Assembly (NCBI GenBank): GCA_001787005.1 | Contig: MFUV01000004.1 | Span: 105,770-169,769 of the forward strand | Length of the DNA: 64,000 nucleotides | From: Candidatus Nomurabacteria bacterium RIFCSPLOWO2_01_FULL_39_18 | Lineage (GTDB): Bacteria > Patescibacteriota > Minisyncoccia > Phycocordibacterales > UBA9973 | Reading direction: 5' to 3' | Shown: one piece after another, positions 9,999 through 19,328 of the stretch | How positions within the stretch are numbered: position 1 is the stretch's first letter | Layout: the number at the start of each line of letters is the position of its first letter | Translations under genes and position numbers: made by a program | The notes under the pieces: generated by a model | What the model was told of the DNA's origin: nothing | The model's input: only the letters and a program-made list of their open reading frames with translations | The model's database searches: none

Positions 9999-10366
9999 TA
10001 GTTTGTATATGATTTAGCTAACTTAAATGTTTTAAATTCTTTCTGCAGGCCAATTCTTTTCAGATAAGCAAGAAAATCCACCGGCAGTGGCGAAGGCCCA
10101 ACCCAGACACTTTTCTGAATCATGACAAAATCAAAATTCTTAAGCTGTCGACGAAACCAATCTCGCTCTTTTTTCCTCGTATACGGAACATCGTACATTA
10201 AAAGTAGGTTCTTTGGCGCATCTTTTTTAAAATCAGAAACAAAAGAACGAAGATACAGCCGTTTGTTTTTTTTAGTATTTTTAAATTTTTTCGAATCACT
10301 GAAACTTGGCAAACCTAGAATATTCACCGGCACACCTTTGTAATAAAATTTCTTTCTTCTCGTCAT
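9998..10366 (-). CDS. small basic protein with Cas2/PaaX_C-like domain (paralog of 29178-29717 C-terminal half)
   Basis: LLLMYDVPYTRKKERDWFRRQLKNFDFVMIQKSVWVGP aligns with WRLVMYDLPIRFKKARDAFRFKLKDLGFFQFQKSAWIYP of the 179-aa paralog; the beta-YDV...R.Q.SV pattern resembles Cas2/VapD. Confidence 0.45.
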   Translation of the reverse strand: MTRRKKFYYKGVPVNILGLPSFSDSKKFKNTKKNKRLYLRSFVSDFKKDAPKNLLLMYDVPYTRKKERDWFRRQLKNFDFVMIQKSVWVGPSPLPVDFLAYLKRIGLQKEFKTFKLAKSYTN

Positions 10367-10392
10367 AAATCGATTATAGCACTTTTTCGTTA

Positions 10393-10412
10393 ATCTACGC
10401 CATGGCGTAGAT
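10393..10412. repeat. palindrome A copy 3 in the divergent region between the Cas2-like gene and recG
   Basis: Identical 20-mer ATCTACGCCATGGCGTAGAT. Confidence 0.9.
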
Positions 10413-10446
10413 GTGGATATAGTGGAAATAATGATATAATCTTTGA

Positions 10447-12666
10447 GTGGAACTTAGCGATAGACTTGAAATAAAATTCCGCTTAGATGTAAACCAAAAA
10501 AGGGCTTTAAATAGGCTCAAACTTTTCTCTATTGCCGACCTTTTGTACCACTTTCCTGTCAGATATTCTCATATTAGTGAAATAAAACCCATTAGCCAGT
10601 TAGTGGCGGGAGAATTTGCGACGGTCTATGGAAGATTTTGGAGTCCGGACATAAAAAGAGGATACAAAAGCAAAGTTTTGCGAGCAGAAGGAGAAGTGAT
10701 AGACGAAACTGGAAAAATAAAAGTTGTCTGGTTTAATCAAGCTTACATCGCGAAAATGATACATTCTGGACAATTCGTAGAACTAACCGGAAAAGTGATG
10801 GAAAGTAAAAGGGGCAAATATCTAGCAAACCCTGAATTCAAAAAGATTGATTTACTGCCGATTGATACACATGATTCTCTATTTAATTTTGAAAAGAAAA
10901 AACAGAGCGAAGTCTTTGGTTTTCCTGTTTATGCAGAGACCCGTGGCATAACTTCTAAATGGTTCTACCATGCAATAGAGAAAATATTGCGAGAAAAAAC
11001 GTTGGATAGAATAGGAGACTACATTCCAGAGGACATTCTTAAAAAATACAACCTCCCCAGCCTGAGGACCGCGCTCATTTGGATTCACAAGCCGAAAAAT
11101 TCGCGAGACGCTGAAAGCGCCAAGAAAAGATTCGCTTTCGAAGAAGTTTTTTGCATTCAGCTGGAGCGCCAGCATGACAAGTTTGAATACAAAAAAAATA
11201 AATCTTTTCAGATTATTCCAGATGAGAAAAACGTTAAGAAATTTTTAGAACGTTTTCCTTTCGAACCAACAAATTCCCAAAAGAAATCTATCGAGGTAGT
11301 CTTGGACGATATGGCGAAGAGTTTCCCCATGTCCCGCCTCCTAGAGGGTGATGTCGGATCTGGAAAGACAGCCGTTGCGGCCACAGCAAGCTATGTGGCA
11401 GTACAACAACGTCCCAATGGACAGACTTTTGGCAACTTACAAGTCGCTTACATGGCACCCACGGAGATCCTGGCGGCACAACACTTCGAATCTTTCATAG
11501 AATATTTTAAATACCTACCGATTAACATCGGGCTCATCACCGGATCAGGTTGCAGAAAATTCCCTTCTAAAGTTAACCCCCTCGGATGGACGAATATATC
11601 CCGCGCGCAGCTTTTGAAATGGGTAGCAAATGGAGAAATTCCCATATTGATAGGCACGCATGCTTTGATCCAAAAAACGGTTAAATTTAAAAATCTGGCG
11701 CTATGCGTGGTGGATGAACAGCACAGATTCGGTACAGCGCAGAGAAGAAAGTTGGTCAGGAAGGATGCAAAAGGAAATATGAGCGCTCCACACTTGCTCT
11801 CGATGACAGCTACCCCTATCCCCCGCACCTTGGCGCTGACCATCTATGGCGACCTAGACCTCTCTCTCCTCGATGAAATGCCTGCTGGCAGAAAGAAAAT
11901 AATAACAGAGATAATCACGCTGAAGGAGCGCGAAGAAACTTATGAAAAAGTCAGACAAGAATTAAAAGCTGGCAGACAGCTCTATGTGATCTGCCCGAGA
12001 ATTTTCGAACCGGATGAAGAGTACCCCTACCCGACCTCCCCCTATATAGGGGGAGGTGCCAAAGGCAGAGGGGGTATAGAAATGAAAGCCGTTACCACTG
12101 AAGCAAAACGACTCAAAAAAGAAGTTTTCAGAGAATACGAAATAGGTGTACTGCACAGCAAGATGAGCAAGGAAAAAAAAGAAAAAGTGATGCAGGAATT
12201 TACGGAAGGCAAAATAAATATTCTCTGCGCCACATCAGTGGTGGAAGTAGGAGTAAATGTGCCGAATGCCACCCTTATAATAATAGAAGGGGCGGAACGA
12301 TTCGGCTTAGCCCAGCTTCACCAGCTTCGCGGACGAGTGCTGAGGAGCACGCATCAAGCGTATTGTTACATCTTCGCTGACGCCAAAAGCGACAAAACTA
12401 TCGCCAGGTTAAAAGCTCTTAAAACCGCCCAAAACGGCTTCGAGCTCGCAGAGCTAGACCTCTCGCTCCGCGGTGCCGGAGAGCTCGGAGGAACGAAACA
12501 ATGGGGCATCACCGACCTCGGCATGGAAGCAATTAAAAATATAAAAATGGTTGAAGCCGCCCGCACCGAAGCTGTCCGCTTGATAGGAGAAGACCCAGAA
12601 CTCACTAAATATCCCCTACTGAAACAGAAAGTCCATCAAAAAGCTGGGGAATTTCATTTTGAATAA
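10447..12666 (+). CDS. recG: ATP-dependent DNA helicase RecG (GTG start)
   Basis: Wedge/OB N-terminus, DVGSGKT Walker A, DEQHRFG, helicase C motifs; TATAAT 9 nt upstream of the GTG. Confidence 0.9.
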   Translation: MELSDRLEIKFRLDVNQKRALNRLKLFSIADLLYHFPVRYSHISEIKPISQLVAGEFATVYGRFWSPDIKRGYKSKVLRAEGEVIDETGKIKVVWFNQAYIAKMIHSGQFVELTGKVMESKRGKYLANPEFKKIDLLPIDTHDSLFNFEKKKQSEVFGFPVYAETRGITSKWFYHAIEKILREKTLDRIGDYIPEDILKKYNLPSLRTALIWIHKPKNSRDAESAKKRFAFEEVFCIQLERQHDKFEYKKNKSFQIIPDEKNVKKFLERFPFEPTNSQKKSIEVVLDDMAKSFPMSRLLEGDVGSGKTAVAATASYVAVQQRPNGQTFGNLQVAYMAPTEILAAQHFESFIEYFKYLPINIGLITGSGCRKFPSKVNPLGWTNISRAQLLKWVANGEIPILIGTHALIQKTVKFKNLALCVVDEQHRFGTAQRRKLVRKDAKGNMSAPHLLSMTATPIPRTLALTIYGDLDLSLLDEMPAGRKKIITEIITLKEREETYEKVRQELKAGRQLYVICPRIFEPDEEYPYPTSPYIGGGAKGRGGIEMKAVTTEAKRLKKEVFREYEIGVLHSKMSKEKKEKVMQEFTEGKINILCATSVVEVGVNVPNATLIIIEGAERFGLAQLHQLRGRVLRSTHQAYCYIFADAKSDKTIARLKALKTAQNGFELAELDLSLRGAGELGGTKQWGITDLGMEAIKNIKMVEAARTEAVRLIGEDPELTKYPLLKQKVHQKAGEFHFE
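12022..12077. repeat. nested palindromic element inserted in-frame in recG
   Basis: TACCCCTACCCGACCTCCCCCTATATAGGGGGAGG...AGGGGGTA; encodes EYPYPTSPYIGGGAKGRGGIE; near-identical copy at 39869-39920. Confidence 0.85.
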
Positions 12667-12671
12667 GTAGT

Positions 12672-13121
12672 TTATTGTACTGTTCCCCCACCCATGTCCC
12701 CTAATTCTTTTTTAAGTTTCAAGTCTTCAGTCTTGGGCACGGGTCGGTAAACTGTGTCCGATTTTGCAGTATCCATTTTTATTAGCTTCTCACCATGCTC
12801 AATCAAAATATTTAAGCGAGCAAATATTTCCTCTACATTTATCATACCTTCTTTTCTTTTCTTTGTTATATCCGCAACTATGTCATCTTGAATTTTGGCT
12901 GGTAAATCGTCAAATCTGTGTAAATAAGTAGCATCCCAATACCCCAGGTTTAACAAAAATTCTCTGGCCGAAAACGGTCTTACTGACTCCGTTGCATGCT
13001 TAATTGTCTCTGAAGCATCTATTCCCCCTTTTCTGTCAGCGATACTTTTTCTATTAAATTTTCTAAACAATCTTTCTAGCATATTTTTATAAAAATTAAC
13101 AATGGTTTGATTATAGCACAA
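12672..13121 (-). CDS. hypothetical protein
   Basis: ORF only; no recognisable motifs. Confidence 0.35.
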   Translation of the reverse strand: MCYNQTIVNFYKNMLERLFRKFNRKSIADRKGGIDASETIKHATESVRPFSAREFLLNLGYWDATYLHRFDDLPAKIQDDIVADITKKRKEGMINVEEIFARLNILIEHGEKLIKMDTAKSDTVYRPVPKTEDLKLKKELGDMGGGTVQ

Positions 13122-13129
13122 TATATTTT

Positions 13130-13423
13130 CTATACCTGGGTTTTACTTAAAAGAACCTCTTTTACCGCTGAAGCTAAAAATAATATATATACTCTCATCT
13201 CATTTGAATCCATATGAAGAGCCTCCCTCGCTCTATCAAATATTGGTCCACCCTCATCCATCTTTGCATTTATACTCAACGTGCCATCGCGCTCTAATTT
13301 TAGATTCTGTGGTGATTTTATTCTCATTAATGCAACATAGTCAAAAGCATCTAGGGTTGCTCTAGCTTTTATAACTTTATCTCTTTGTGTTTCTTTATTT
13401 GTTGTAGATGGATGTTCGGGCAT
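13130..13423 (-). CDS. hypothetical protein
   Basis: ORF only; tight operon with 12672-13121, immediately downstream of a tRNA. Confidence 0.35.
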   Translation of the reverse strand: MPEHPSTTNKETQRDKVIKARATLDAFDYVALMRIKSPQNLKLERDGTLSINAKMDEGGPIFDRAREALHMDSNEMRVYILFLASAVKEVLLSKTQV

Positions 13424-13428
13424 ATTTG

Positions 13429-13502
13429 TCCGTCCTCTTGGATTCGAACCAAGGACCCCAGAGGTATAAGCTCTGTGCTCTAACCAACTGAGCTAAGGAC
13501 GG
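13429..13502 (-). tRNA. tRNA-Ile (anticodon UAU)
   Basis: Manual fold: acceptor CCGTCCT/AGGACGG, D-arm GCTCAGTTGGTTAGAGC, anticodon stem CAGAG/CTCTG with loop CTTATAC, T-arm CTTGGTTCGAATCCAAG, discriminator A; CCA not encoded. Confidence 0.8.
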
Positions 13503-13530
13503 AGGTTAAGAACATTTCAATATTACAAGA

Positions 13531-14010
13531 TTAATCTTGTTTTCGCAAAGATTTAATTGCTTTTTTGATTGTATCGTAGATTACCGGAAGCTCTAAATAG
13601 TCTATCGATATAGCAATCCAGGAGAGCCATACGGGTATCGCCACGAGAGCTGTGCCAGTAAACTGCGCATAAATTACTTCATCGGTAATCCAAAATAAAT
13701 GGAGCCACTGTGAATTAATAAAAAAAAGAAAAAGAATACTCCGCCACTCTAAACTTTTATCTTGCATGTATTGATAAATATAGAAGATAGAGCTTGTCAC
13801 AATGGCTGGTATTTCTGTATAGTCCACCAACGCAATGACAGTATCCCAAAAGCTACTCGGATCCCAGAGGGAGTGCCCGAATGTTTTGGAGAAAACAACA
13901 TTGGTCGTCATCCAATACAGATGCACCAGCTGTAACAGAAACAATAGAGCTGTAAGTGGAGCAATGACCCGATATTTGTCCTTGTACCATTTCCAAAATG
14001 TATTTAACAT
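13531..14010 (-). CDS. polytopic membrane protein, hypothetical
   Basis: Four or more hydrophobic helices. Confidence 0.45.
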   Translation of the reverse strand: MLNTFWKWYKDKYRVIAPLTALLFLLQLVHLYWMTTNVVFSKTFGHSLWDPSSFWDTVIALVDYTEIPAIVTSSIFYIYQYMQDKSLEWRSILFLFFINSQWLHLFWITDEVIYAQFTGTALVAIPVWLSWIAISIDYLELPVIYDTIKKAIKSLRKQD

Positions 14011-14126
14011 CTTTTATTAAAAAATTTTAAAATATAACTTTTTGTAGGAGTTTCGAGGCTGACGAGCCGAGAACTTCAGGATTTTTTAAGCTTCAAAAAA
14101 TCCGTACCGAAAAAAGTTGATATTTT

Positions 14127-16040
14127 TTAAATTTTTGTTTCACCTTCTTTTTTCTTCAGCACTATTCCATGCGCAGTTAGTATTTTCTCGTACTCTTCTT
14201 GTTCCAATGTCTCTACCTCTATAAGCTTACTGGCAATGGCAACAAAAGCCTTTTTGTTCTCTGTCAGAACCTTCTCTGCTGATTTCAATCCATCATTTAT
14301 TATTCTGGAAACTTCAGCATCCACCTTCGTAGAAACTGCCTCAGAATATTCTTTCTCGACTATTTCTCCGAACTGTGCCCTGCCCAAAGCACCTGCTAGG
14401 GCAATGGGGCCAATGGCGTCTGACATTCCCCAGCGTGTGACCATAGCTCGAGCTAGATTTGTGGCCACTTGCAAGTCAGAAGAAGGACCTGTGGTAATGT
14501 CACCAAAAATCATCTGTTCAGCAACATACCCGCCGAGCGACATAGCGATGTCGTCTATGAATTCTCTCTTGGACTGAAGCCGGCGCTCTTCGAGGGGCAA
14601 TTTTAATGTGTACCCCCCAGCATTGCCTCGCGCAATGATAGATACTTTATGTACTGGATCGGCATAGGGCAAGACTGAAGCCACCAGCGCATGACCTGCT
14701 TCATGATACGCAGTAATTTCTTTTTCTTTCTTTGAAAGCAAATGGCTCTTTCTCTCGGGACCGAGCAATACCTTCTCAATCGCGCGAATTAAATCAAATT
14801 GAAAAACTTTCTTGCGATTTTCTCGTGCGGCAAGTATTGCGCCCTCATTCATTAGCGAGTATAAATCAGCGCCAGAGAATCCTGGGGTACGTTCCGCAAT
14901 TAATTTCAAATTAATGTCTTCCGCAAGGGGTTTCTTGGTCGCGTGTATCATGAGTATCGCCTCGCGATCAGCGCGATCTGGCAAATCAAGTAATACTTTC
15001 CTGTCGAAACGCCCAGGACGGATAAGCGCCGGGTCGAGCACGTCAGGCCTGTTAGTAGCCGCCATGACTATCACCTTGTCGTTTGGCTCAAAGCCATCCA
15101 TCTCCACCAATATTTGATTTAGCGTCTGTTCACGTTCGTCGTTTCCCCCGCCGAACCCGCCTCCGCGAGTACGCCCTATGGCATCTATCTCATCCACGAA
15201 GATGATTGCAGGCGCCGCCTTTTTGGCCATTTTAAAGAGATCCCGTACTCGGGAAGCTCCAACACCCACGAACATCTCCACAAATTCGCTTCCTGACAAG
15301 TGGAAGAATGGGACGCTTGCTTCGCCTGCCACAGCCCTCGCGAGCAGGGTCTTGCCTGTGCCCGGAGCACCAGTCAATATGACGCCTTTCGGAATTCTCG
15401 CTCCAATATCTAAAAATTTCTTAGGGCTTTTAAGGAAATCCACAATTTCTTTCAATTCTTCTTTGGCTTCTTTACAGCCAGCCACGTCCTTGAAGGTGAC
15501 TTTATTATTTTTATCGTTTGGGTCGGTAATGCGCGCCTTGGACTGACCGAAGGTCATCGCTTGAATGCCAGCGCCCTTCACTTGCCGAGACAAATACCAG
15601 AAGAAAAGCAAAATAAAAACAATCGGCAATAAAAAGGGCAGAAGATTTAAAAGCCAGAAACCAAATCCGCCTTCATCTTTTATCTCTATTTCGGTTTTAG
15701 AAAGCGCGTCGCTCGTGACTCCATAATTAAAAAGTGTCTGAGAAAGCGATGAGCCGACTTCTTTTTTAGATTTTTTAGTTTCATCACTCTGGTAAGTAAT
15801 AGTTAGCTTGTCTCCCGCGACAACTATCTTCTTCACTTCTCCCCCAGATACGCCCTTGGCTAAGTCTGAAATAGGAATTTCGGGAGTTATTTTACTATCT
15901 CCAGAAATCGCCAAATAAGCTCCCGAGATAAGCATGAAAATGAGTATTGCTCCAGCGGCGTTCCCTAAAAAATTGTTTTTTTCTTTGCCCTTTTTGCCGT
16001 TACCCTGTTCAGTTTTTTTATTAAGAAAATTAAAATCCAT
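14127..16040 (-). CDS. ftsH: ATP-dependent zinc metalloprotease FtsH
   Basis: N-terminal TM, AAA module [18 protein letters not shown], second region of homology, HEAGHA zinc motif. Confidence 0.95.
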   Translation of the reverse strand: MDFNFLNKKTEQGNGKKGKEKNNFLGNAAGAILIFMLISGAYLAISGDSKITPEIPISDLAKGVSGGEVKKIVVAGDKLTITYQSDETKKSKKEVGSSLSQTLFNYGVTSDALSKTEIEIKDEGGFGFWLLNLLPFLLPIVFILLFFWYLSRQVKGAGIQAMTFGQSKARITDPNDKNNKVTFKDVAGCKEAKEELKEIVDFLKSPKKFLDIGARIPKGVILTGAPGTGKTLLARAVAGEASVPFFHLSGSEFVEMFVGVGASRVRDLFKMAKKAAPAIIFVDEIDAIGRTRGGGFGGGNDEREQTLNQILVEMDGFEPNDKVIVMAATNRPDVLDPALIRPGRFDRKVLLDLPDRADREAILMIHATKKPLAEDINLKLIAERTPGFSGADLYSLMNEGAILAARENRKKVFQFDLIRAIEKVLLGPERKSHLLSKKEKEITAYHEAGHALVASVLPYADPVHKVSIIARGNAGGYTLKLPLEERRLQSKREFIDDIAMSLGGYVAEQMIFGDITTGPSSDLQVATNLARAMVTRWGMSDAIGPIALAGALGRAQFGEIVEKEYSEAVSTKVDAEVSRIINDGLKSAEKVLTENKKAFVAIASKLIEVETLEQEEYEKILTAHGIVLKKKEGETKI

Positions 16041-16114
16041 CTAACAATGGTAGCATAAAAAGTCCAAAAATCAAAGAAGAAAAATTAAATAAATTATTTC
16101 AAAAGAATCTTCTA

Positions 16115-16471
16115 TTATTTTCTATTTTGGACTTCGTATTGTTTTTTTAAGTCTTTAATCTGTTTAAGTTTAAGCTGCATTTCTCTAATAATCCTCGAAC
16201 ATTCTTCAAAATTTTCCTCATTGATCCCCACATCCACTGAACCCCAAGACCCATCGGGATTCCTCGTCTCGCCAATACTGGGGTCTATACTGGTTGGAGC
16301 CATATTTATACCACCACGATTAAGGTTCCCAGAAAGATGAAGTTCTTCAAGTAAACTTTCAAATTCTTTGCCTAAATCCAATAATTTGGATTCTATCTCA
16401 GTTCTAGGAACTTCTGCCATATTCATTCTCCTTTGATCCTCGGGGCGAAAACCTGCATTCATTATTCCCAT
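16115..16471 (-). CDS. hypothetical protein
   Basis: ORF only. Confidence 0.35.
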   Translation of the reverse strand: MGIMNAGFRPEDQRRMNMAEVPRTEIESKLLDLGKEFESLLEELHLSGNLNRGGINMAPTSIDPSIGETRNPDGSWGSVDVGINEENFEECSRIIREMQLKLKQIKDLKKQYEVQNRK

Positions 16472-16577
16472 GGTATTTTTATATTATTTATTAAAAGTAT
16501 AATTTCGACAAAAAAGCAAAACCTAATTATCCATGATTATAGTACTTAACGCATTAATAGCAAAGTTGTCTTGTATC

Positions 16578-16977
16578 TGTGGAGATGGGGGAAATCGAAT
16601 CCCCGTGCAGAAGGTTATTGCTAAGAAGTCTACATACATAGCGCGCTTGTGGGTTTAAATTAAAAAATTTAGAAACGAGCCAAATATTTTTTAATCGATT
16701 CTCTTTGTTTTGCTGTGACATCGAGAAAGTCGCCACAGCTATCCCGATAATATTATGCCCGCTCTTATATATCGGAAGTCTATAAGAGAGACATCAGTTA
16801 GGCGTAAGCCGAGACTGAAGCGAAAGCAAAGTCCGCCTCACCGAAGTAAGGAGAAATTGAAGCTTTCACTTTAGAAGCTAATTTTGCAATTAACATTTAG
16901 ACAAATTTTTACGAGATTATGTCTATGCTCGGTATGCATCAATAACAAATGACCAACTGTCTATGCCTTGCATCCCC
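16578..16977 (-). ncRNA. ssrA: tmRNA (ssrA)
   Basis: 5' GGGGAUG pairs with 3' CAUCUCC-ACA; T-arm GGGGAUUCGAUUUCCCC; internal ORF ...ADFAFASVSAYA-UAA; lies directly downstream of smpB. Confidence 0.7.
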
Positions 16978-17000
16978 ATGTTTTTCACGTCTTTCTTTTG

Positions 17001-17447
17001 TCAACGTCCTTTGTATTCCCTACGAATCTCTCGATCCGTCTCTCGTTTTTTTATAGTTTCGCGTTTATCGAATTTTTTCTTGCCTTTGACTGCCGCAATT
17101 CCCACCTTTATTTTTCTCCCTCTATTATACACTGAAATTGGTACGATTGTCAAACTTTTACTTTTCTCATTTCCCGCGAGCTCGCTGATTTCTTTTTTAG
17201 TTAGCAGAAGTCTCCTATTGCGCAATGGATCATAGTCCTTCTCCGCATTTTTCGGCTGATATGGCGGAATACTTGCATTGATTAAATATGCTTCACCTCC
17301 CCGCACAATAACAAAGGCCCCCTCGAACGACATTTGCCCCCCTCTTACAGATTTAACCTCGGAGCCCAAGAGCTCAATACCTGCTTCGTATTTTTCCAAG
17401 ATTTCGTAGTTAAAACGCGCTTTTCTGTTTTCGGCATAGTGAGACAT
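17001..17447 (-). CDS. smpB: SsrA-binding protein SmpB
   Basis: ARFNYEILEKYEAGIELLGSEVKSVR... is a typical SmpB. Confidence 0.9.
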   Translation of the reverse strand: MSHYAENRKARFNYEILEKYEAGIELLGSEVKSVRGGQMSFEGAFVIVRGGEAYLINASIPPYQPKNAEKDYDPLRNRRLLLTKKEISELAGNEKSKSLTIVPISVYNRGRKIKVGIAAVKGKKKFDKRETIKKRETDREIRREYKGR

Positions 17448-17525
17448 ACGTATATATTAGCATAATGTTGACTTCAAGCTTAAAATACGCTATTATCCTG
17501 TAATCAAAACATATTTATATATCAA

Positions 17526-18029
17526 TTGCGTGAAAGAATAAACAATCAAATACGGGCGAAGGAGCTCCGAGTGTTGGATCAGGAAAATAAGAATCTAGGT
17601 ATTTTAAGTATAAAAGATGCCTTAGAAATGGCGCAAAATGCCTGCTTAGACTTAATTGAGATAGGTCCCAATGCCAATCCGCCGCTAGCCAAGGTGATGG
17701 ATTTTGGCAAATATAAATATGAAGTAAGCAAGAAGTTGAAGAAACAAAAGGGTGGAGCAAAGCATACAGAAACCAAGTCAATCCAGATAAAAATAGGCAC
17801 GGGAGACCACGACTTGGAGCTCAAGGCGAAAACTGCTTCCAAATGGTTGAAGGAAGGGCACAGAATCAAAGTTGAACTTTTCCTTGCCGGACGCGCAAAG
17901 TATATGGATGAGAAATTTTTGAAAGAACGTTTGGACAGGGTGCTACATTTAATTACCGAAGATTATAAAATATCCGATGCGTATAAAAAGGGTCCGAAGG
18001 GTTTAACCACAACAATTGAAAAGAAATAG
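17526..18029 (+). CDS. infC: translation initiation factor IF-3 (non-ATG start)
   Basis: INNQIRAKELRVLDQENKNLGILSIKDALEMAQ...GKYKYE; infC-rpmI-rplT order. Confidence 0.9.
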   Translation: MRERINNQIRAKELRVLDQENKNLGILSIKDALEMAQNACLDLIEIGPNANPPLAKVMDFGKYKYEVSKKLKKQKGGAKHTETKSIQIKIGTGDHDLELKAKTASKWLKEGHRIKVELFLAGRAKYMDEKFLKERLDRVLHLITEDYKISDAYKKGPKGLTTTIEKK

Positions 18030-18060
18030 TTATAAAGTTTATAAAGTAGAATACAAATAC

Positions 18061-18255
18061 ATGAAAGGAATGAAAACAAATAAATCATATAGCAAAAGAC
18101 TGAAGCTTACCAAAAATGGCAAGGTTTTGTCTCGCAAGCCGGGCTTCAACCACTTCAATGCTAAACAATCCCGCACCACACAGCTAGCCGGACGCAAGGG
18201 ACAAAATTTTATTATCAAGAGCAAGCCGAGGAGCCACCTTTTACCGTTCAATTAA
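18061..18255 (+). CDS. rpmI: 50S ribosomal protein L35
   Basis: MKGMKTNKSYSKRLKLTKNGKVLSRKPGFNHFNAK...; ORF-track start 18016 is probably too early. Confidence 0.75.
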   Translation: MKGMKTNKSYSKRLKLTKNGKVLSRKPGFNHFNAKQSRTTQLAGRKGQNFIIKSKPRSHLLPFN

Positions 18256-18263
18256 AAATTAAT

Positions 18264-18316
18264 AATTACGAATTAAGAATTGGATTCGTAATCGTAAATT
18301 GACAACTCGTAATTTA
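18264..18316 (+). promoter_or_regulatory. conserved leader element (hairpin ATTACGAAT-N10-ATTCGTAAT + AACTCGTAATTTA) upstream of rplT
   Basis: The same module occurs in the same sense upstream of nusG (60324-60370). Confidence 0.5.
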
Positions 18317-18320
18317 TTAT

Positions 18321-18674
18321 ATGACCAGAGTAAAGAAGGGAGTACATGCATTAAAAAGAAGGAGAAGCATTCTAAAACAGACCAAGGGTTTTCGCCATGG
18401 AAGAAAGAGTAAAGAAAGGCAGGCTAAAGAGGCGCTTCTGCACGCTGGTAATTATTCTTTTGCCCACAGAAAAGACAAAAAGTCGCACAACAGGAAACTC
18501 TGGAATATAAAAATAAATGCAGGCACTCGTGAACTCGGAATGTCTTATTCTAGATTTATTGATGCACTGAAAAAGAAGAATGTATTGCTCGACCGTAAAA
18601 TCCTCGCTGATCTCGCGGAACACAATCCATCAACTTTTGCTAAGGTTCTGGAAAGCGTACAAGCAAAGGTCTAA
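18321..18674 (+). CDS. rplT: 50S ribosomal protein L20
   Basis: MTRVKKGVHALKRRRSILKQTKGFRHGRKS... Confidence 0.9.
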   Translation: MTRVKKGVHALKRRRSILKQTKGFRHGRKSKERQAKEALLHAGNYSFAHRKDKKSHNRKLWNIKINAGTRELGMSYSRFIDALKKKNVLLDRKILADLAEHNPSTFAKVLESVQAKV

Positions 18675-19282
18675 ATTTTATACTCTCCTATCTTGCTTTC
18701 TTCTATAAGAGTAATGATGCCTGCCACAAGTTTCTTAGGGTCTCCACTTACTGCGACCTTGGGAAAAGGACGGTGGCTTTTCTTTATAATATCTTTTAAT
18801 TCATCATCCATTTCCCACGGTCCCTCAAAAATGCCGATAGGTTTATTGTCCTCAAAGGCAACGGTAAATTCATGAATAGTCCCCACGCGACCACAGCCGC
18901 AAATAACCGCGTCTACAGAACGAGTCAACAGCAGATCTCTGCCTGGATAGCCGAAACCCGTATAAATAATCAAATCTAGATAGTCTACTGGAAGCTTATA
19001 AACTTCTACATGTTCACGCTCAGAGGCCGCCGGAGAAAAACCGATGGAAGTCCCCCCCATTTCTTTAGCTCCCATTGCAACCCAAAGCGGAAATCCCGTA
19101 GTTGCCCCTGTCACCAAGATAGCTCCCTGGCGCGCAATTTCACGCCCCAATTCTTTCGCTTTTTCCAGCGCATCCACTCCGCAATGACCCGTCTCAGCCG
19201 CGCCAGAAACACAGATTTTAATCTGGCTATGACCATGCTTTTTAGGGAAAATTGAGAGAGGATCCATATTTTCATTATACAT
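18671..19282 (-). CDS. LOG-family / TIGR00725-like Rossmann-fold nucleotide-binding protein
   Basis: ICVSGAAETGHCG...GAILVTGATTGFP motif arrangement. Confidence 0.5.
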   Translation of the reverse strand: MYNENMDPLSIFPKKHGHSQIKICVSGAAETGHCGVDALEKAKELGREIARQGAILVTGATTGFPLWVAMGAKEMGGTSIGFSPAASEREHVEVYKLPVDYLDLIIYTGFGYPGRDLLLTRSVDAVICGCGRVGTIHEFTVAFEDNKPIGIFEGPWEMDDELKDIIKKSHRPFPKVAVSGDPKKLVAGIITLIEESKIGEYKI

Positions 19283-19328
19283 AAATACAAAACTCTTTAC
19301 AATATAATTTTCGGTTAGAAAGATTTTT

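Noticed and set aside
16554-17235. ORFs 16554-16736 (-) and 16963-17235 (+)
   Set aside because: They overlap the tmRNA gene and its 5' end, so they are spurious.
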